Positions 13,030 to 26,556 of a stretch of DNA of 64,000 nt are shown piece after piece. Source of the DNA: Felis catus (lineage: Eukaryota). Numbering within the stretch: position 1 is the first letter of the stretch; each line of letters starts with the position of its first letter. The position numbers and the translations under genes are program-made. The DNA is taken from positions 69,504,001 through 69,568,000 of the forward strand of contig NC_058368.1 of the NCBI RefSeq assembly GCF_018350175.1, given 5' to 3'. The notes beneath the pieces were generated by a model. The model was not told the DNA's origin, did no database searches, and saw only the letters and a list, made by a program, of their open reading frames with translations.

Positions 13030-13647
13030 AATTATTATTTTTTTTTATGGACAGCATTGTATAGTTAAATACCTTATTTATTAACCAGGCTGACATTTAA
13101 ATTTTTCATTTTTCACAAGGGGTTTCACTTTTTTGTTACATACATTTTTTTTCCCTTGACATTTTACTATTTTAATTAATGATTAATTCTGGGGGAAGTG
13201 TTCCAAGATGTGATATACCCTTTGCAATTCTGTTGAATTTTATTATATCATTTGGTCCGCGATAATACTGCCTCGTTTATTTCTTGAATAATATTGAACT
13301 GTGAGACAATTTAACAGTCTAGTCTTTAATGGCTTTAATAGAAATTGCTTTCCTTTTCCCACCCTGAAGGGAAGCTCTGTCATTTCTGATTCATGGGATT
13401 TGGAAGCTTTAGGAAATGGTTTCTTTTTTTTCTTAAAGTTGTATGAAACATGCTGTTACTCACTATAGGATAGATGTCAGTAGAATTTTCCACAAGATGC
13501 AGGCTGCATTTAAATTTTGGCATTTTTGTTTTCTTAAGCATCATTTCCAGAGAAACTTCAGGAGAGAACAATAGATTGTGAATTAATTTTTTTACTAAAA
13601 ATTTCTTTATTTAACAATGAAGCTATTGGGACTATCTTGACCAAATT

Positions 13648-13860
13648 TTTTTTTTTTCAACTTTTATTTATTTTTGGGACAGAGAGAGACAGAGCATGAA
13701 CGGGGGAGGGGCAGAGAGAGAGGGAGACACAGAATCAGAAACAGGCTCCAGGCTCTGAGCCTTCAGCCCAGAGCCTGACGCGGGGCTCGAACCCACGGAC
13801 CGCGAGATCGTGACCTGGCTGAAGTCGGACGCTTAACCGACTGCGCCACCCAGGCGCCCC
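13648..13860 (-). mobile_element. CanSINE (young subfamily)
   Basis: CpG-intact. TSD ATCTTGACCAAATTT. Confidence 0.96.
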
Positions 13861-13934
13861 AATCTTGACCAAATTTGAACACAAACTTAATGTCTTGTAG
13901 TCTATTAAAGAAAATACTTGGCGCTCTTTTCTTT

Positions 13935-14156
13935 AAAAAATTTTTTCTTCTAATGTTTATTTATTTTTGAAAGAGAGAGAGAGAGAAAGAGAGAGACAGA
14001 GCATGAGTGGGGGAGAGGCAGAGTGAGAGGGAAATAGAGAATCTGAAGCAGGCTCCAGGCTCTGGGCTGTCAGCACAGAGCCTGACGTGGGGCTCGAACC
14101 CACAAAACCATGAGATCATGTCCTGGGCTTAACCGACTGAGCCACCCAGGTACCCC
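13935..14156 (-). mobile_element. CanSINE
   Basis: Body abuts the TTTC tract. Confidence 0.9.
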
Positions 14157-14283
14157 TCCTTTCTTTTCCTTTTCCTTTTCCTTTTCCCTTTCCCTTTCCC
14201 TTTTCTGTCTCTCTTCCTTTCTCTCTTTGTCTCTCTTCCTTTCTTTCTTCCTCCCTCCCTCTTTTTCTTTCTTTTCTCTTTCT

Positions 14284-14484
<201 letters not shown>

Positions 14485-14739
14485 CTTTCTCTCTCTTTCC
14501 AGAAACACTTTTTCTTCTAATTTATTCAGTCCAGTCATTTTCTCATGAAGTGAAGGAGAGTGATCTCATAGGACCCTCTGCATTACCTGCCAAGGTGTGG
14601 GCTTGACTGCGCCAGAAATTGGCAGGCAACGTCTGCTCGCTAAACAGCGGGACTTGCTGTTCTTTCTCACCCCAAGCTGAGCCAGCCCCCTTTGGAAGTA
14701 ACATCTACCCCCTCCCACTTCTGTAACTGAAAAGCATTT

Positions 14740-15545
14740 CAGAGTAGCCTTAAAACTGGAAGCAACCACGATGTGCTTCACTGAGTGAATGGACAAAGAA
14801 GCTGTGGTGCCTTAAGCATCTGACTTCGGCTCAGGTCATGATCTCGCGGTTTGTGGGTTTGAGCCCCGCGTTGCGCTCCATGCTGACGGCTCAGAGCCTG
14901 GAGCCTGCTTTGGATTCTGTGTCTCCTTCTCTGTCTGCTCCTTCCCCACTTGTGCTCTGTCTCTCTATCTCTCAAAAATAAATAAACATTAAAACAATTT
15001 TTTTTTAAAAGAAGCCGTGATGCCTGCAGACAATGGAATATTATTCAGTGGTGAAAAGATACGAGCCGTCAAGCCGTGAAAAAACATGGAGGAAACTCAA
15101 ACGCGTATTGTTTAGTGAAAGAAGCCAGACAGGAAGGTTACATATTGTATGATTTCAGCCATATGACTTTCTGGAAAATGCTAAAGGGTGGACAGTAAAA
15201 AGACCAGTGGTTGTCAGGGAATACAATGGAGAAGGGGAGCAGGGATGAATAGATGGAAAACAGGAGACTTGGGGGGCAGAGAAATGATTCTGTGTGATAT
15301 TATAATTGTGGATGCATGACATTTTGCCCTTGACCCCCATCACAAAAGGTACACTTGAGCTGGACTTGAGTTAATAATAATGTGTCGGTATTGGTCCATC
15401 AGTGGACAGAAAATACAAATACAAATGCAAATATTTTTCACAGTAATGCAGATGTTAATAATCGGAAACTGTGTGAGGAGAGAGGGTATTTACGAGCCCT
15501 CTATATTTTCTTAGAAACATAAAGCTCTAAAAAAAGTCTAGTAAA
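14740..15545 (+). mobile_element. Old L1 (L1M) 3' end, interrupted by a 5'-truncated CanSINE (14813-15007)
   Basis: AAAACTGGAAGCAACC...ACAATGGAATATTATTCAG...AGTGAAAGAAGCCAGAC. The SINE TSD is AAAGAAGC(T/C)GTG(G/A)TGCCT. Confidence 0.85.
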
Positions 15546-15677
15546 AAAACGGATTAATACATTTGCTATCTCAATTACTAATAATCAGTCTGGCTTCTTC
15601 CTCCATTTCTCAATTGATATTTTTTCTCTTCATACCAGGGACTACCTGATCGTACCAGATCTAACGAATGAGCTTCT

Positions 15678-16016
15678 TTAAAATAATTTTTAAAAATTTT
15701 TTTTTAACGTTTTTTATTTATTTTTGAGACAGGGAGAGACAGAGCATGAACAGGGGAGGGTCAGAGAGAGGGAGACACAGAATCTGAAACAGGGTCCAGG
15801 CTCTGAGCTGTCAGCACAGAGCCCGACGCGGGGCTCGAACTCACGGACCGCGAGATCATGACCTGAGCAGAAGTCGGCTGCTCAACCGACTGAACCACCC
15901 AGGCGCCCCTAAAATAAATTTTTTAAAAGCGACCTCTGCACCCAAACACGGGGCTCGAATCACCACCCTGAGATCGAAAGTCGCATGCTGTACCGACTCA
16001 GCCAGCCAGGTGCCCC
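15678..16016 (-). mobile_element. Full CanSINE nested in the tail of a short CanSINE
   Basis: Outer TSD GAATGA(G/A)CTTCT; inner TAAAATAA(T/A)TTT. Confidence 0.9.
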
Positions 16017-16539
16017 TGAATGAACTTCTCTTAATCCTTATTTTCCGTGTTGCCCTGACAACATCCAGCATTGTGGTTTAGCCTCTGGTTCTTGATGCGC
16101 TTGCCTCCTTGGCTTTCTGCTGTGATTTTAGAATGGATTTTCAGACTCAGCTCTTTTAAAAATATGGGATTCACCCATCAGGAAGAAGGTTGTCCTAAAT
16201 GTTCATCAGAAGCCCTTCCAACTCCGAGAACTTGGGATTCCTTCGCCAAGTCCTCTCCTCTTCCCACCCTTGACCGTGGCCTTCACTCCGGGCTACCATC
16301 TTGGTTATTTCTTCTTGTGCGTTTCCCATCCTCTCTGATACCTACCACCTGCTGTCACGGGGTCACCTCTGACTCGTGTGCAGGTGACTTCTTCCTTTTC
16401 CTGAACCTCAGGCCCCTCTACTCAGCTTACCAGAGTGGAACTTTGGAGGAAGCCTTTGAGAGGAGGTAGTGGGGGCTGAGGAATGGTGAGCATTGAGGAA
16501 AATGGAAGCAGTCCCCTTCAGAATATTGCTGGCCATGCT

Positions 16540-17045
16540 ACCTTCTCCATGCTCGGCAGTCACCCTCAGGCAGCCACAGCTGGGCCTCTTGGCCTTCCCT
16601 TGTTCCGTCTCCACTTGCAGCTGAGTTCTCGATTTCCCCTGTTACCATCTTCTTCCCTGCCTCTAATTTGTCATCCATTTGTACAGATTCCTAATGCCAA
16701 AGTATTCCTGAGATACGCCTCCTTACCCTCTAGTCTCGCTGTCACGACCTTTCTTGCACAGGGCATTACAGATATTTCCTGACTGGTCTCCTAATCTAGC
16801 CCCATCTCACTGTCGAGTATTTTCTTAAAACTGCCCCGGGTCTCACCCTGTCTTAAAAACCCTAGTGCCTCATTCTGATCCACAGATGAACCTCTTACAC
16901 CTTGACCTACTTCAGGCCGACTGGGATCTGCCTCACACCTGCTCATCTCCTTTTCTTTTCACTAGCATCTTGCCTCTGTTAGTACCCACTTTTGGCAGGG
17001 CCCCCGGCACATGGCAAGCACTTTTATTGAATGCCAGAATGAACT
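16540..17045 (+). mobile_element. L2 3' fragment
   Basis: CCTGACTGGTCTCC...ATTTTCTTAAAAC and a terminal CCCGGCACATGGCAAGCAC...GAATG, typical of L2. Confidence 0.55.
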
Positions 17046-18130
17046 CCGCCTAGAATGCGTGTCTTATCCACACCTTTCTGTAGCTTTTAAAGTTGACATA
17101 ATACCTATAGTCAGAAGCAAACACGTTGCCTTCAACCCTCACTGCTGAGTACCTGTTTTCTATTGCCTGATGGGTAATACATCCCATGAAGACCAACCGT
17201 ACGGTGCCGTATCGTGGCTTCGGGTCCCCTGTCGTGCTGAGTGTAGTTGCCGAAACATACTAGATCCTTATAAATGCCTTCAACGGTGAGGATCCCAACG
17301 ATCGTGACACGGGAATGATAGTCTGAAGAGTAATGTGATTTTCAGAGACTCTGAGTAAGCAGATCCTGTAATAATACACTGCACCCTCACTCTGGGCTCG
17401 GCAAGGGTCAGGTGTTTTCCACACATATTTGGAGAGGCTGACCAGTGTCAGCTGGAGACAAAGAAAGAGGACCTTCTGTAGTGAGTGGACGAGAATGATG
17501 TGTTTTAAGTAGAGCGAGCTTGACGGCAGCCCACCAAGTACAGTCTCTGTTGACATCTGCAGCTGCCTCACGTGTGGGGATTGAAGGAGGCTGCAACCTG
17601 TTTTTTTTCTTTTCGCTTCAAGAAGACCGCCTTTCTCCTGACATTTTATTTACCCCGGCCTTTGCGTTAGAGGTAGCATGGAGGGGAGCTCACGTTTAAT
17701 TTTGTACCCTCAAAGTCATCAAGAAATTGACATCATTGACAGGGGACTAATTAGAGATCCGCCCCCTTCTTGATTTTCCGCACCCCTCCCCCCACCCCAG
17801 GGTAAAAAGAGACTTCTGTTCCCAGCACCTTTTACTTCCACTTCCTTTCTACAGGCTTTTGTCTTTGCCTATCTAATTAATGCTGGAAACCTGTGCTACC
17901 AAATCAGTGAAAATGCAAACGAAGTATTGCAGTGTCTTAAATACGTGAAAAGGTGATTGGAAAAGAAATGCCAAGTGTCAAGAGCTACTGAAAAAAATCA
18001 GGCGCTCATTACGGCAGGTGCACCTGTGACACGCGGTCAACAGGTGTTTTCTTGGTGAAGTTACTGCCAGTTTGTTGTTAGGTGAATTTACTTATTTTAG
18101 CTGATCCTGATTGGGACCTTGGGAGGTGGA

Positions 18131-18500
18131 GCGGTGGTTCTCAGGCCAGAGCCCGCATGAGAATCCCCTGGAAGGCACCCAAGCCTTTAGGATTCAGTGG
18201 ACCAGTGCTGGGATAGATTTGCATTTCCTAAAAAAAAAAAAAAATTTAATGTTTATTTTTGAGAGAGTTAGAGAGACAGCATGAGCGGGAGAGAGGCAGA
18301 CACAGAATCTGGCTCTGAGCTGTCAGCACAGAGCCCTCCACGGTGCTTGAACCCACGGACCGTGAAATCATGACCTGAGCGGAAGTTGGACACTTAACCG
18401 AATGAGCCACCCACGCGGCCCAGAATTTGCATTTCTTACAAGCTCCCAGGTGATGCTGCTGCTGCTGCTGATTTGCAACCGGGTTTAAAAGCCCCTCTGC
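18131..18500. mobile_element. MER5-like hAT DNA transposon fossil, interrupted by a CanSINE (18245-18421, - strand)
   Basis: GGTGGTTCTCA...GAATCCCCTGG...TTTGCATTTC [SINE] TTTGCATTTCTTACAAGCTCCCAGGTGATGCTG. Confidence 0.8.
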
Positions 18501-19761
18501 AGTAAATGGTAGGCTTTGCGTTTTCCGGGTACTCATCTAGAAGGGACATGTGCGCATGCGCTGGCTGAAGTTCTCACAGTCCCTGAGGCAGAGAGGTCTC
18601 TTGCACTGAGACGGGAGGAGCCTGTTTCGCCTCCAGGTAACGCAGCCCCTCTGTACTTGTAACCTAGTTGGCAACGCAGGCAAAGGGGAGAAAGGCCTGG
18701 AAAGCAAGTGAAATACAAGCAAAACCCCGGAGAGAAGAAAGTGAGGCTCCTTTCTTCCCCCTGAAAGAGTATATCAGGGAAGGATTTCTGGAGGAGGTGA
18801 CATTGGAGCCAGGTCAAGAGGGCGATATTTGAGAAGGAAGTAACCAAGCAGCAACAGCTCAGTGTCAGGAGGACATAGCCGGGCGAACCCGCAGGGGCCA
18901 GCTGGATTGGAAATGTTTATTCACACCTAGAGAAATGAGGGAGGATCGTGAAACGCCCGGCTAGGAATGGTCACATTTAACGTGGCATTGATCAGGCTCC
19001 GGTTTTGGAGTAAAAAGGGGTAGGTTAAAACCAGACTTTTGAAATAACGTCTATGAAATGAGAAAACTGCTCCGCGTTTTCCTTGAAGTACCTTCCGGAG
19101 ACTTAAGGGTATTTAAGATAGCCTGTTTAATTTATTACTTTTTACTAGGATGGAGAGGAAAGATGGCGAAGAAATCACATTTATGTAGTTGACGTGGCTT
19201 TGTTCTGTTTTCCTGACCGCGCTGGTGGATCGGGGTGGGGGGCCCCCAGCTCGGAGCCTATTAATGTCCTGCTCTCCTCCCAGATGATCAAACAAGGCCA
19301 AGCAGTCTCTCTCCTGTTTGAAGTCTCTGGTTGATGTAAAACAGCTGATCCGCAGTTGTTTCTTTTGCTTACACTTTTTTTTTTTTTTGAAGTGAGGAAA
19401 TCTATTGGAATAGATAGCTGTTTTTTGAACTTTTCTCAAAACCCCTTATCTAAGCCTCTGTGAAAAGCCAAACTTGGCCGACTGTGTTCCTAAGTTGCTC
19501 CTGGCCGCCAGCCTTTCTGGGGTGGCTCCTTCCTCCCTCCTGGCTGGTGGCTCCCCGGGAACTGAGCACAAGGTGGCTTTGTTACCCAGCGGAGCCCGGG
19601 TTATGCACCCTGTGCCCTCTGTGCTCCCGAGTGTCTGCAGCTGCTTTTGGTCCCCACACAGTGGCAGGTGTGCAGAAGTACTTTGGGGGCTCTGGGATCC
19701 ACGTCTTGGGCTCCTCCCTTTCAGTAACAGTTTTCTGTGAGTTTGCCCTAACCCAGCATTT

Positions 19762-19980
19762 AAAAAAAATTTTTTTTTATGTTTATTTATTTTTGAGAGC
19801 GAGAGACAGAGCATGAGTGGGGGAGGAGTGGAGAGAGAGGGAGACACAGAATCCAAAGCAGGGTCCCAGGCTCTGAGCTGTCAGCACAGAGCCCGACGCG
19901 GGGCTCAAACTCATGAGCTGTGAGATCGTGACCCGAGCTGAAGTTGGACGCCTAACTGACTGAGCCACCCAGGCACCCCC
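19762..19980 (-). mobile_element. CanSINE
   Basis: TSD TAACCCAGCATTT. Confidence 0.95.
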
Positions 19981-20186
19981 TAACCCAGCATTTTTAAGTG
20001 GCTTCTATGTAAAACTAGAGGGAGAAACTCTTGAAAAAAATTCCTCTTGGTCATCCTGTTTTGATTTGAGAATTGTGACCCTTCTTGACAGTGATGTCTT
20101 CTCGTTGGGTTTCATGCTCTAAATAGGGCCAGGAGAGTGAGGATGATGTCCTCCTAGTAGATGGAATTTTTAAAATTTTCTATTCC

Positions 20187-20385
20187 TTTTTTTTTTTTTA
20201 ATTTTTGAGAGAGGGAGAGAGGGCACGAGTGTGAGTGGGGGAGGGTTGGGGGGGGAGAGAATCCCAAGCAGGCTCCACACCGTCAGTGCAAAGCCCGACG
20301 TGGGGCCCAAACCCATGAACCATGACCACGACCTGAACTGAAACCGAGAGTTGGACGCTTAACTGACTGAGCCATCCAAGAGCCT
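20187..20385 (-). mobile_element. CanSINE
   Basis: SINE body. Confidence 0.9.
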
Positions 20386-20644
20386 CTAAAATTGTGTATT
20401 TCTGAATGGGTAATATCCCTTTCAGTCCTGTCCTTAACCAGGAGCCTGCTCTCCTACCAGTCACTACTCTGTCCTTCCAGAGAGGTTCTGTGTGTTCCCA
20501 AGGATATTTGTGTGGATGCACACACCTCTTTAAAAAGTTTTAAATTCCAGTTAACATACGGCATTATATTAGTTTCCGGTGTACTAGTGATTCAACAATT
20601 CCATAAATCAGCCATTGCTCATTACAAGTTGTGCACATTTTTTA

Positions 20645-21460
20645 TGCTGTTTATTGAGGTATAATTTACACAACATAACCGATGTGTTTTCAGTGTGCAA
20701 TTCACAGGTTTTTCGTACATTTACAGAGTTGTGTGACTGTCACCACAATTTAATTTCAGAACATTTCCAGCAGCTCCTCCCCCCCCCCCCCCCCTAAAAA
20801 TCTCCATCGCTCAGGTCCTTTGCTGCCAGCCCAGCCCCTCTCCAGAGCTCCAGGAAACCACTCTCTAGATTTGCCTCTTCTGGATGTTTCCTACAAAAAG
20901 GGTCATTTGTTATGTAATCTTTTGCATCTGGCTTCTTTCACTTAAAATGTTTTTTGAGGTTCATCCATGTTGTAGCATATGTCAGCATGTCCTGTATTGT
21001 TGGTGAATAACAGTCCCCTGTATGGATACACCACGTTGCTTATCCATTCACCAGCTCCCCAAGCACTTGTTTCTTTTCCACCTGCTGGCTCATTCAGCTA
21101 CGAACATTAGCATATGTACAAGTCTGTATGTGGACTTCCGTTTTCCTGACCCTTGGGGAGGACGCCTAGGCTTCCCTAGGGGAGCCCAGTTGCTGGCTTG
21201 CATGCAGAATTTTTGATTAAATTTTAAAGAAATTACCAAAATATTCTCCAAAGTGTCTGCACCTTTTTATATTCCCACCAGCAATGTAGGAGAATTCCAG
21301 CTTATCCACGCTCTGTAACATTTGTTACCGTCCGTCACAGTGGATGTGAAATATCCAAATTCACTGTCTCCTAGTCCATGTCCTTTGCATTTCCTAATGA
21401 CTAACGGTGTTGGACATCCTTCTGTGTGCTTATTAACCATTTGCATACCTTTGGAGATTT
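20645..21460 (-). mobile_element. Old L1 (L1M) 3' end
   Basis: TTTATTGAGGTATAATTTACA...GAGGTTCATCCATGTTGTAGCAT...ATTCCCACCAGCAATGT...GCATTTCCTAATGACTAA. Confidence 0.88.
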
Positions 21461-21767
21461 AAATTTTCTTTTATTTGTTTTAAAGCCTGTGCTAACAGTT
21501 AATTTCCCATGCCTCTCAAACATCGTGACCCTTTCTTCTGCCAGTTTCTTCGTATTTCTGCGTTGTCAGGAGTTAACCATATTCTGCGACTATTGTAGCC
21601 TTCCTGTTAAGGGTATACCTGGATTTAAAGTTTACCAGTAATCCTTTCCAGTGTTTCACCACGTTCGCCCCTTGTTTTGCTGATGCCTAGCTTTCCAGTA
21701 GTTTCTTCTACTGCCCAAGCCCTTCCAGTATTTTGAGTTCTTGACTACTTAGAATTTAGTTTGGTTT

Positions 21768-21967
21768 GGGACGCCTGGGTGGCCCAGTTGTTTGGGCGTC
21801 CGACTCTTGATTTCGGCTCAGGTCCTGATCTCACGGTTCATGGGATGCGACTCCGAGTTGGGCTCTGTGCTGTGTGGACCCTGCTTGGGATTCTTTCTTC
21901 CTTCTCTCTCTGCCCCTCTCCCACGCTTGCTCTCTCTGTCTCAAATAAAATAAACCTTAAAAAAAAT
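21768..21967 (+). mobile_element. CanSINE
   Basis: GGGACGCCTGGGTGGCCCAG head and A-tail. Confidence 0.92.
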
Positions 21968-22133
21968 AGTGTTTGGCTCTTCTATTGGATGAAAATTGGG
22001 CTTTAAGGTTTTGATTCCTTTTATTTCAGGATCGTTTTGACAATGTAAGCATTAAATGTTGCTGTTTGCGAGCCTGAACTTTGACCCTTTGTGTTTTGTT
22101 TGAACTTTGTGCATATGTGCCCAAATGATTCCT

Positions 22134-22344
22134 TAAAAAAAATTTTTTTTTTGTAAGTTTACTTATTTATTTTGAGAGAGAGAACCCTAGTGAGGGAGGA
22201 GGGGAGAGAAGGAGACAGAATCCCAAGCAGGCTCCACACTGTCAGCACAGTGCCTGATGCGGGGCTTTGTCTCAAGAAGAGATCAGAACCTGAGCCAAAG
22301 TCAAGAGTCAGATGCCGAACTGGCTGAGCCACCCAGGTGCCCCC
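22134..22344 (-). mobile_element. CanSINE
   Basis: TSD TGATTCCTT. Confidence 0.9.
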
Positions 22345-22699
22345 GAGTGATTCCTTCTTAATTTGTGAAGATCAGCGATGATACAGGAGATGTCTTGGTG
22401 TTGATCATCCTGTTGTCTCTGGAATAGACGTTCATTTACTATGGAGAGTCCCCTTTTATTTCTGGAATGTTTTCCTGAATTAGACCTTTCTCTTTTGTTT
22501 TCTTGTTCCATTATTTGATTTTTCTTTTTTTTCTTCAGGGATGTTGATTGTGGGTGAGCTGGATGTCCTCTGTCTTCCACAGCTATCACTTTTCACTCCA
22601 TTTTAAATCTTTTGCTCCCTTTTCTCAGTCTTTACCCTCAAGACCCTCATATTTTCACTTGTGTGTGTTTCCTTTTGGCCACTTCCATTTTGGTGATTC

Positions 22700-23238
22700 T
22701 TTTAGTCTGTGCTGCTATAAGCGTACCGTAGACTGGGTGGCTTATAAACTGCAGGACTTTATTTCTGACAGTTCTGGAGGCTGGGAAAGCCAACACGAAG
22801 ACACCTGCTTCAAATTTTTTTCTAAATATTTTAGGAGAGCGTGCATGTGCTCTAGTGTGAGTGGGGGAGGGGAGAGAGAGGGAGACACAGAATCCAAAGC
22901 AGGCTCCAGGCGCTGAGCTGTCAGCACAGAGCCCAACATGGGCTCGAACTCACAAACTGGGATATCATGACCAACTGAGCCACCCAGGTGCCCCAGAAGG
23001 CACATGCTTCATAGACTGCTGACTTCCCACTGGGTCCTTGCATGGCAGAGGGGATGGACTATGGCTCTGAAGCCCGTTTCATAAGGGTATGAATCCACTC
23101 ACGAGGGCTCCAGCCTCACCATATACTCACCTGCCAACCCCCCCCCCCCCACACACACACCCGGCCCCTATACCATCACATCAGGGTTTGGTTTCAACAT
23201 ATGAATTTGGGGGCAACCTAGACATCTGTTTTATAGCA
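22700..23238 (-). mobile_element. MLT1 LTR interrupted by a CanSINE (22815-22994)
   Basis: GCTGCTATAA...GACTGGGTGGCTTATAA...CAGTTCTGGAGGCTGGGAA [SINE] ...TTTCAACATATGAATTTGGGGG. Confidence 0.85.
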
Positions 23239-23426
23239 GTGATGTTTTTATTCATCCTGGTATCCCCCTGAGGTCTGCCCTCATGCTATATTTCCTTATT
23301 TTTCCCATAGCTCCCCTGAACTCTTGTAAATCCTGTTGTGCTTTTGTTTATGGAATCTGTTATTTCATTGTTTTGTTAAGTGAGGACAATGTGTTTGGGA
23401 AAAGTTGGAATTCTTTGTCCTTTCAT

Positions 23427-23625
23427 TTTTAAAGTTTATTTATTTTCAGAGAGAGAGAGTGTGTGCATGTGTGAGTTGGGGAGGGGCAGAGAGAGAGAGG
23501 GACAGAGAGTCCCAAGCAGGCTCTGCACCACTAAGGGCAGAACCTGATGTGGGGCTTGAACTCCCAAACCTTGAGATCATGACCTGAACTGAAGTTGGAT
23601 GTCCAGCCGAGCCACCCGGATGCCC
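23427..23625 (-). mobile_element. CanSINE
   Basis: SINE body. Confidence 0.88.
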
Positions 23626-25466
23626 GTCTTTTTCACTTTTTTTCCCCTTTCTTGTAGCATCTTAGTAAAGGTCCTTTGTTGTTTGGTGAGTTCTTTATGA
23701 ACTAGCTATTTGTAGGAGCTTCCTGAGAGCCGGGAGACAGGGCTGTGTCCCTTGCTAGTAGGAACTCTTGTGGCCTGAGGGTGTATGTGTATGTATGTAT
23801 ATATAATCTTTTCATCCTCTGTTTTTCTCTGCTTGCTGGGCTGGTCGTGTTCCCAGTGCCCTTGGTGATGTCCTGCTAATGTGCATTTCCTCTGCTGTTT
23901 TCTGTCCACTCCACCTTTAGGAGATCTCCCACCGCGGTGTCCAGGGTGGCTGTCCGTGCTAACCTGCACATCTCTCCCCCTTGTGCCCAGAAAGTTCTCG
24001 CTAGCTTTGTCGTTGCTCAGGATGCCATACTTGTCCAGGGTACACAGCTCTGCAGGCGTGGGCAGCCTCTGCAAGCATTTTCCTTCTCCTCTGTCTGACC
24101 TTGAGGGCAGTTTGGCAGCTCTTGACCCCCGTTTGTGGTTTGGAGTTGCAAATGTCCTTCAGTCCCTCCGGGATGGAGTTGGCATTTGCATGTGTCCTGC
24201 TGCTTGCTTTCGGGTGCATTCCAAGAGGAAGTCTTGAAGCTGGGGCAACTCTAGTTTTTTCATCTTTTCTCTGCCAGTTAACAATTTTACTGCTGTGTTT
24301 GTTGTCGTTCTTGTTTCCTTTTAACTAGCTTTTCAAATAGAGCTAATGAATAAAGTCGTTTCTCAAGCAGCTTTTTGCTTGTAGGTCTGGAACGATCATG
24401 CTAAGTTAATCATGTATCACAAGGACAGAGACGTTAATTTCCTTTCCTTTGGCCATTCCTTAAGGAATGCAGAAGCCAGGGGGATAGTTATGGAGGTAAA
24501 GCCCAAATAGAGCGCAGATTGATCTGTATAAACAAAAGGCTTTTACGTTTGCCGGACGTGTTCACCTAGAAGGCTGTGTCGTGTTACCGGAATCCCCGAT
24601 TCTGATAGCTAGCCTCAGCGTGCTCACCCATTTATGAGTTGCCAGCGTTCCTCGGATATTCCCGTGACATTCCTCGGATGCTCCATTCAGACCACTTGGC
24701 TGGATTTATATTTGAATTCAGCAGGACTTTCCATGTACAGCAATAGTCTTCATGCAGCTAGGAAAACAGAAAGCATGACTACGTTGTTGAAATGTCAGTA
24801 ACCAGAAGTGGAAATAATACAGGCGTGAGGTCATTGTGAAGAGTGAGGAAAAGGGAATTTAAGGTACTAAATATATGTTAATAACTAACTGAATTTAATT
24901 TTTTAAATGCCAAGGTGCTAAAAATGACCATACATATTCATCTGGGGATCTTGAGCCCGAGGGGGAGAGAGGATTTAGTTTTAGGGCATGAGGGGCCTTG
25001 CCCTTTGCTCAGGCTGGACAGAGAGGAAGTGCTTTTGCAAGGAGGGACCCCAGCACCTTTGAGGTGGGGTGACGTGGGAGAATGGGCCCCTTCCTCCCTG
25101 TCCTCACCTCCATGCCTGGGCATCTGAGCCACATCTCCCTGACTCTGCAGTAGGGGGGTAGGGGGCCAGGCCCAGCATGAGTGACTGAGCACAGGTCCTG
25201 TCCATCCTGATGGACTGAGTGCAGGGAAGTGAGGCAGGCAGCAGAGGATGCTTCGAGAGGCAAGGAGGGATCAAAACCAGAGTAGGAAAAAGTACAGAGA
25301 GGAATCTGGGAATGGGGAAGGCTAATGGGGCTGATGTCATGGTTGTTTCTGGAGGTTGTATTTATTTTTAACCATGAGACCCCAACCGGAAAACATACGA
25401 AAATAATTTTGCCTGCTTTGTGAAGATTGTTTTCAACACAACTCATTTCATAACTAATTAGATATA

Positions 25467-25691
25467 GGGGCGCCTGGTTGGCGCAGTCGGTTAAGCGTCC
25501 GACTTCAGCCAGGTCACGATCTCGCAGTCCGTGAGTTCGAGCCCCGCGTCAGGCTCTGGGTTGATGGCTCGGAGCCTGGAGCCTGTTTCCACTTCTGTGT
25601 CTTCCTCTCTCTCTGCCCCTCCCCCGTTCATGCTCTGTCTCTCTCTGTCCCAAAAATAAATAAAAAACATTGAAAAAAAAATTAAAAAAAA
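25467..25691 (+). mobile_element. CanSINE (young subfamily)
   Basis: 17-bp TSD ATAACTAATTAGATATA. Confidence 0.96.
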
Positions 25692-26556
25692 ATAACTAAT
25701 TAGATATATACACCCACATCTGATTCCTTGAACAAGTGGACGACCTGTTTCCATTTGGTATAAGGCCCTGTGCTTAGGGCATTATAGATGAACTTGGTCC
25801 AGTCAGATGTCTCAAGACTAATAGAATTAAGCAAAGCACAGATCACACAACAAACAAATTAGAATTTGGGTCTTAAGGAAAGCTTACTTGGGGCAGAAAT
25901 TGGAAAGGTACTTCCAGAACAGATCTGTGAAGTCCTACATGGGCATTCAAAAGAGAAAAGTCCGTCCTTAACTGGTATTGCCTTGCCACAGCACCCAACC
26001 TTGAAGGACTGTAGAGAAACAAAGAATACTCTTAGACTTTGGTAGAGAGTTTGTGGAAAAATACTTAGTAAGTGGTATTTCGGAGGTGGTCTTCAGACCC
26101 TTTCTCTGTCCAAAGGACACATCTCTTTAGGCCAGGGTGGTTTGAGTCAATGACCAGGTTGTTGAGGTGACTCCATAGTGTCTGATTTGCTGACCTCCAG
26201 GACAGCCTTTGGTGTCACAGTGAGAGTGTCACAGGTTTTGTTGTGAGGAAGGGGGGAGGGGCTTCCATATGGAATATTGTTGGAAGCTTCTAGGGGCCCA
26301 ACTCTTCGAGAGGAGGATGAGCAGGAGTTGGGTGAGAAGAGCCTACCAAGTAAGATTTACAAACTGGATGGTTTTTCCTGAACAAAAGAGCTGAAGGGTG
26401 GCATGATCTCAAATGTGTAAGACATGGCACTCAGGTCTGTACCTCACACCACAGGTGACCCCCCCCCCCCCCCAGTGCCCTTTCTGCAGCTGTTGCAGTC
26501 ACTTGGTGCCCCAGGTTGTTCTTTGTGTGCCTCTTTCCGGGTTCTGCATGAACCCT

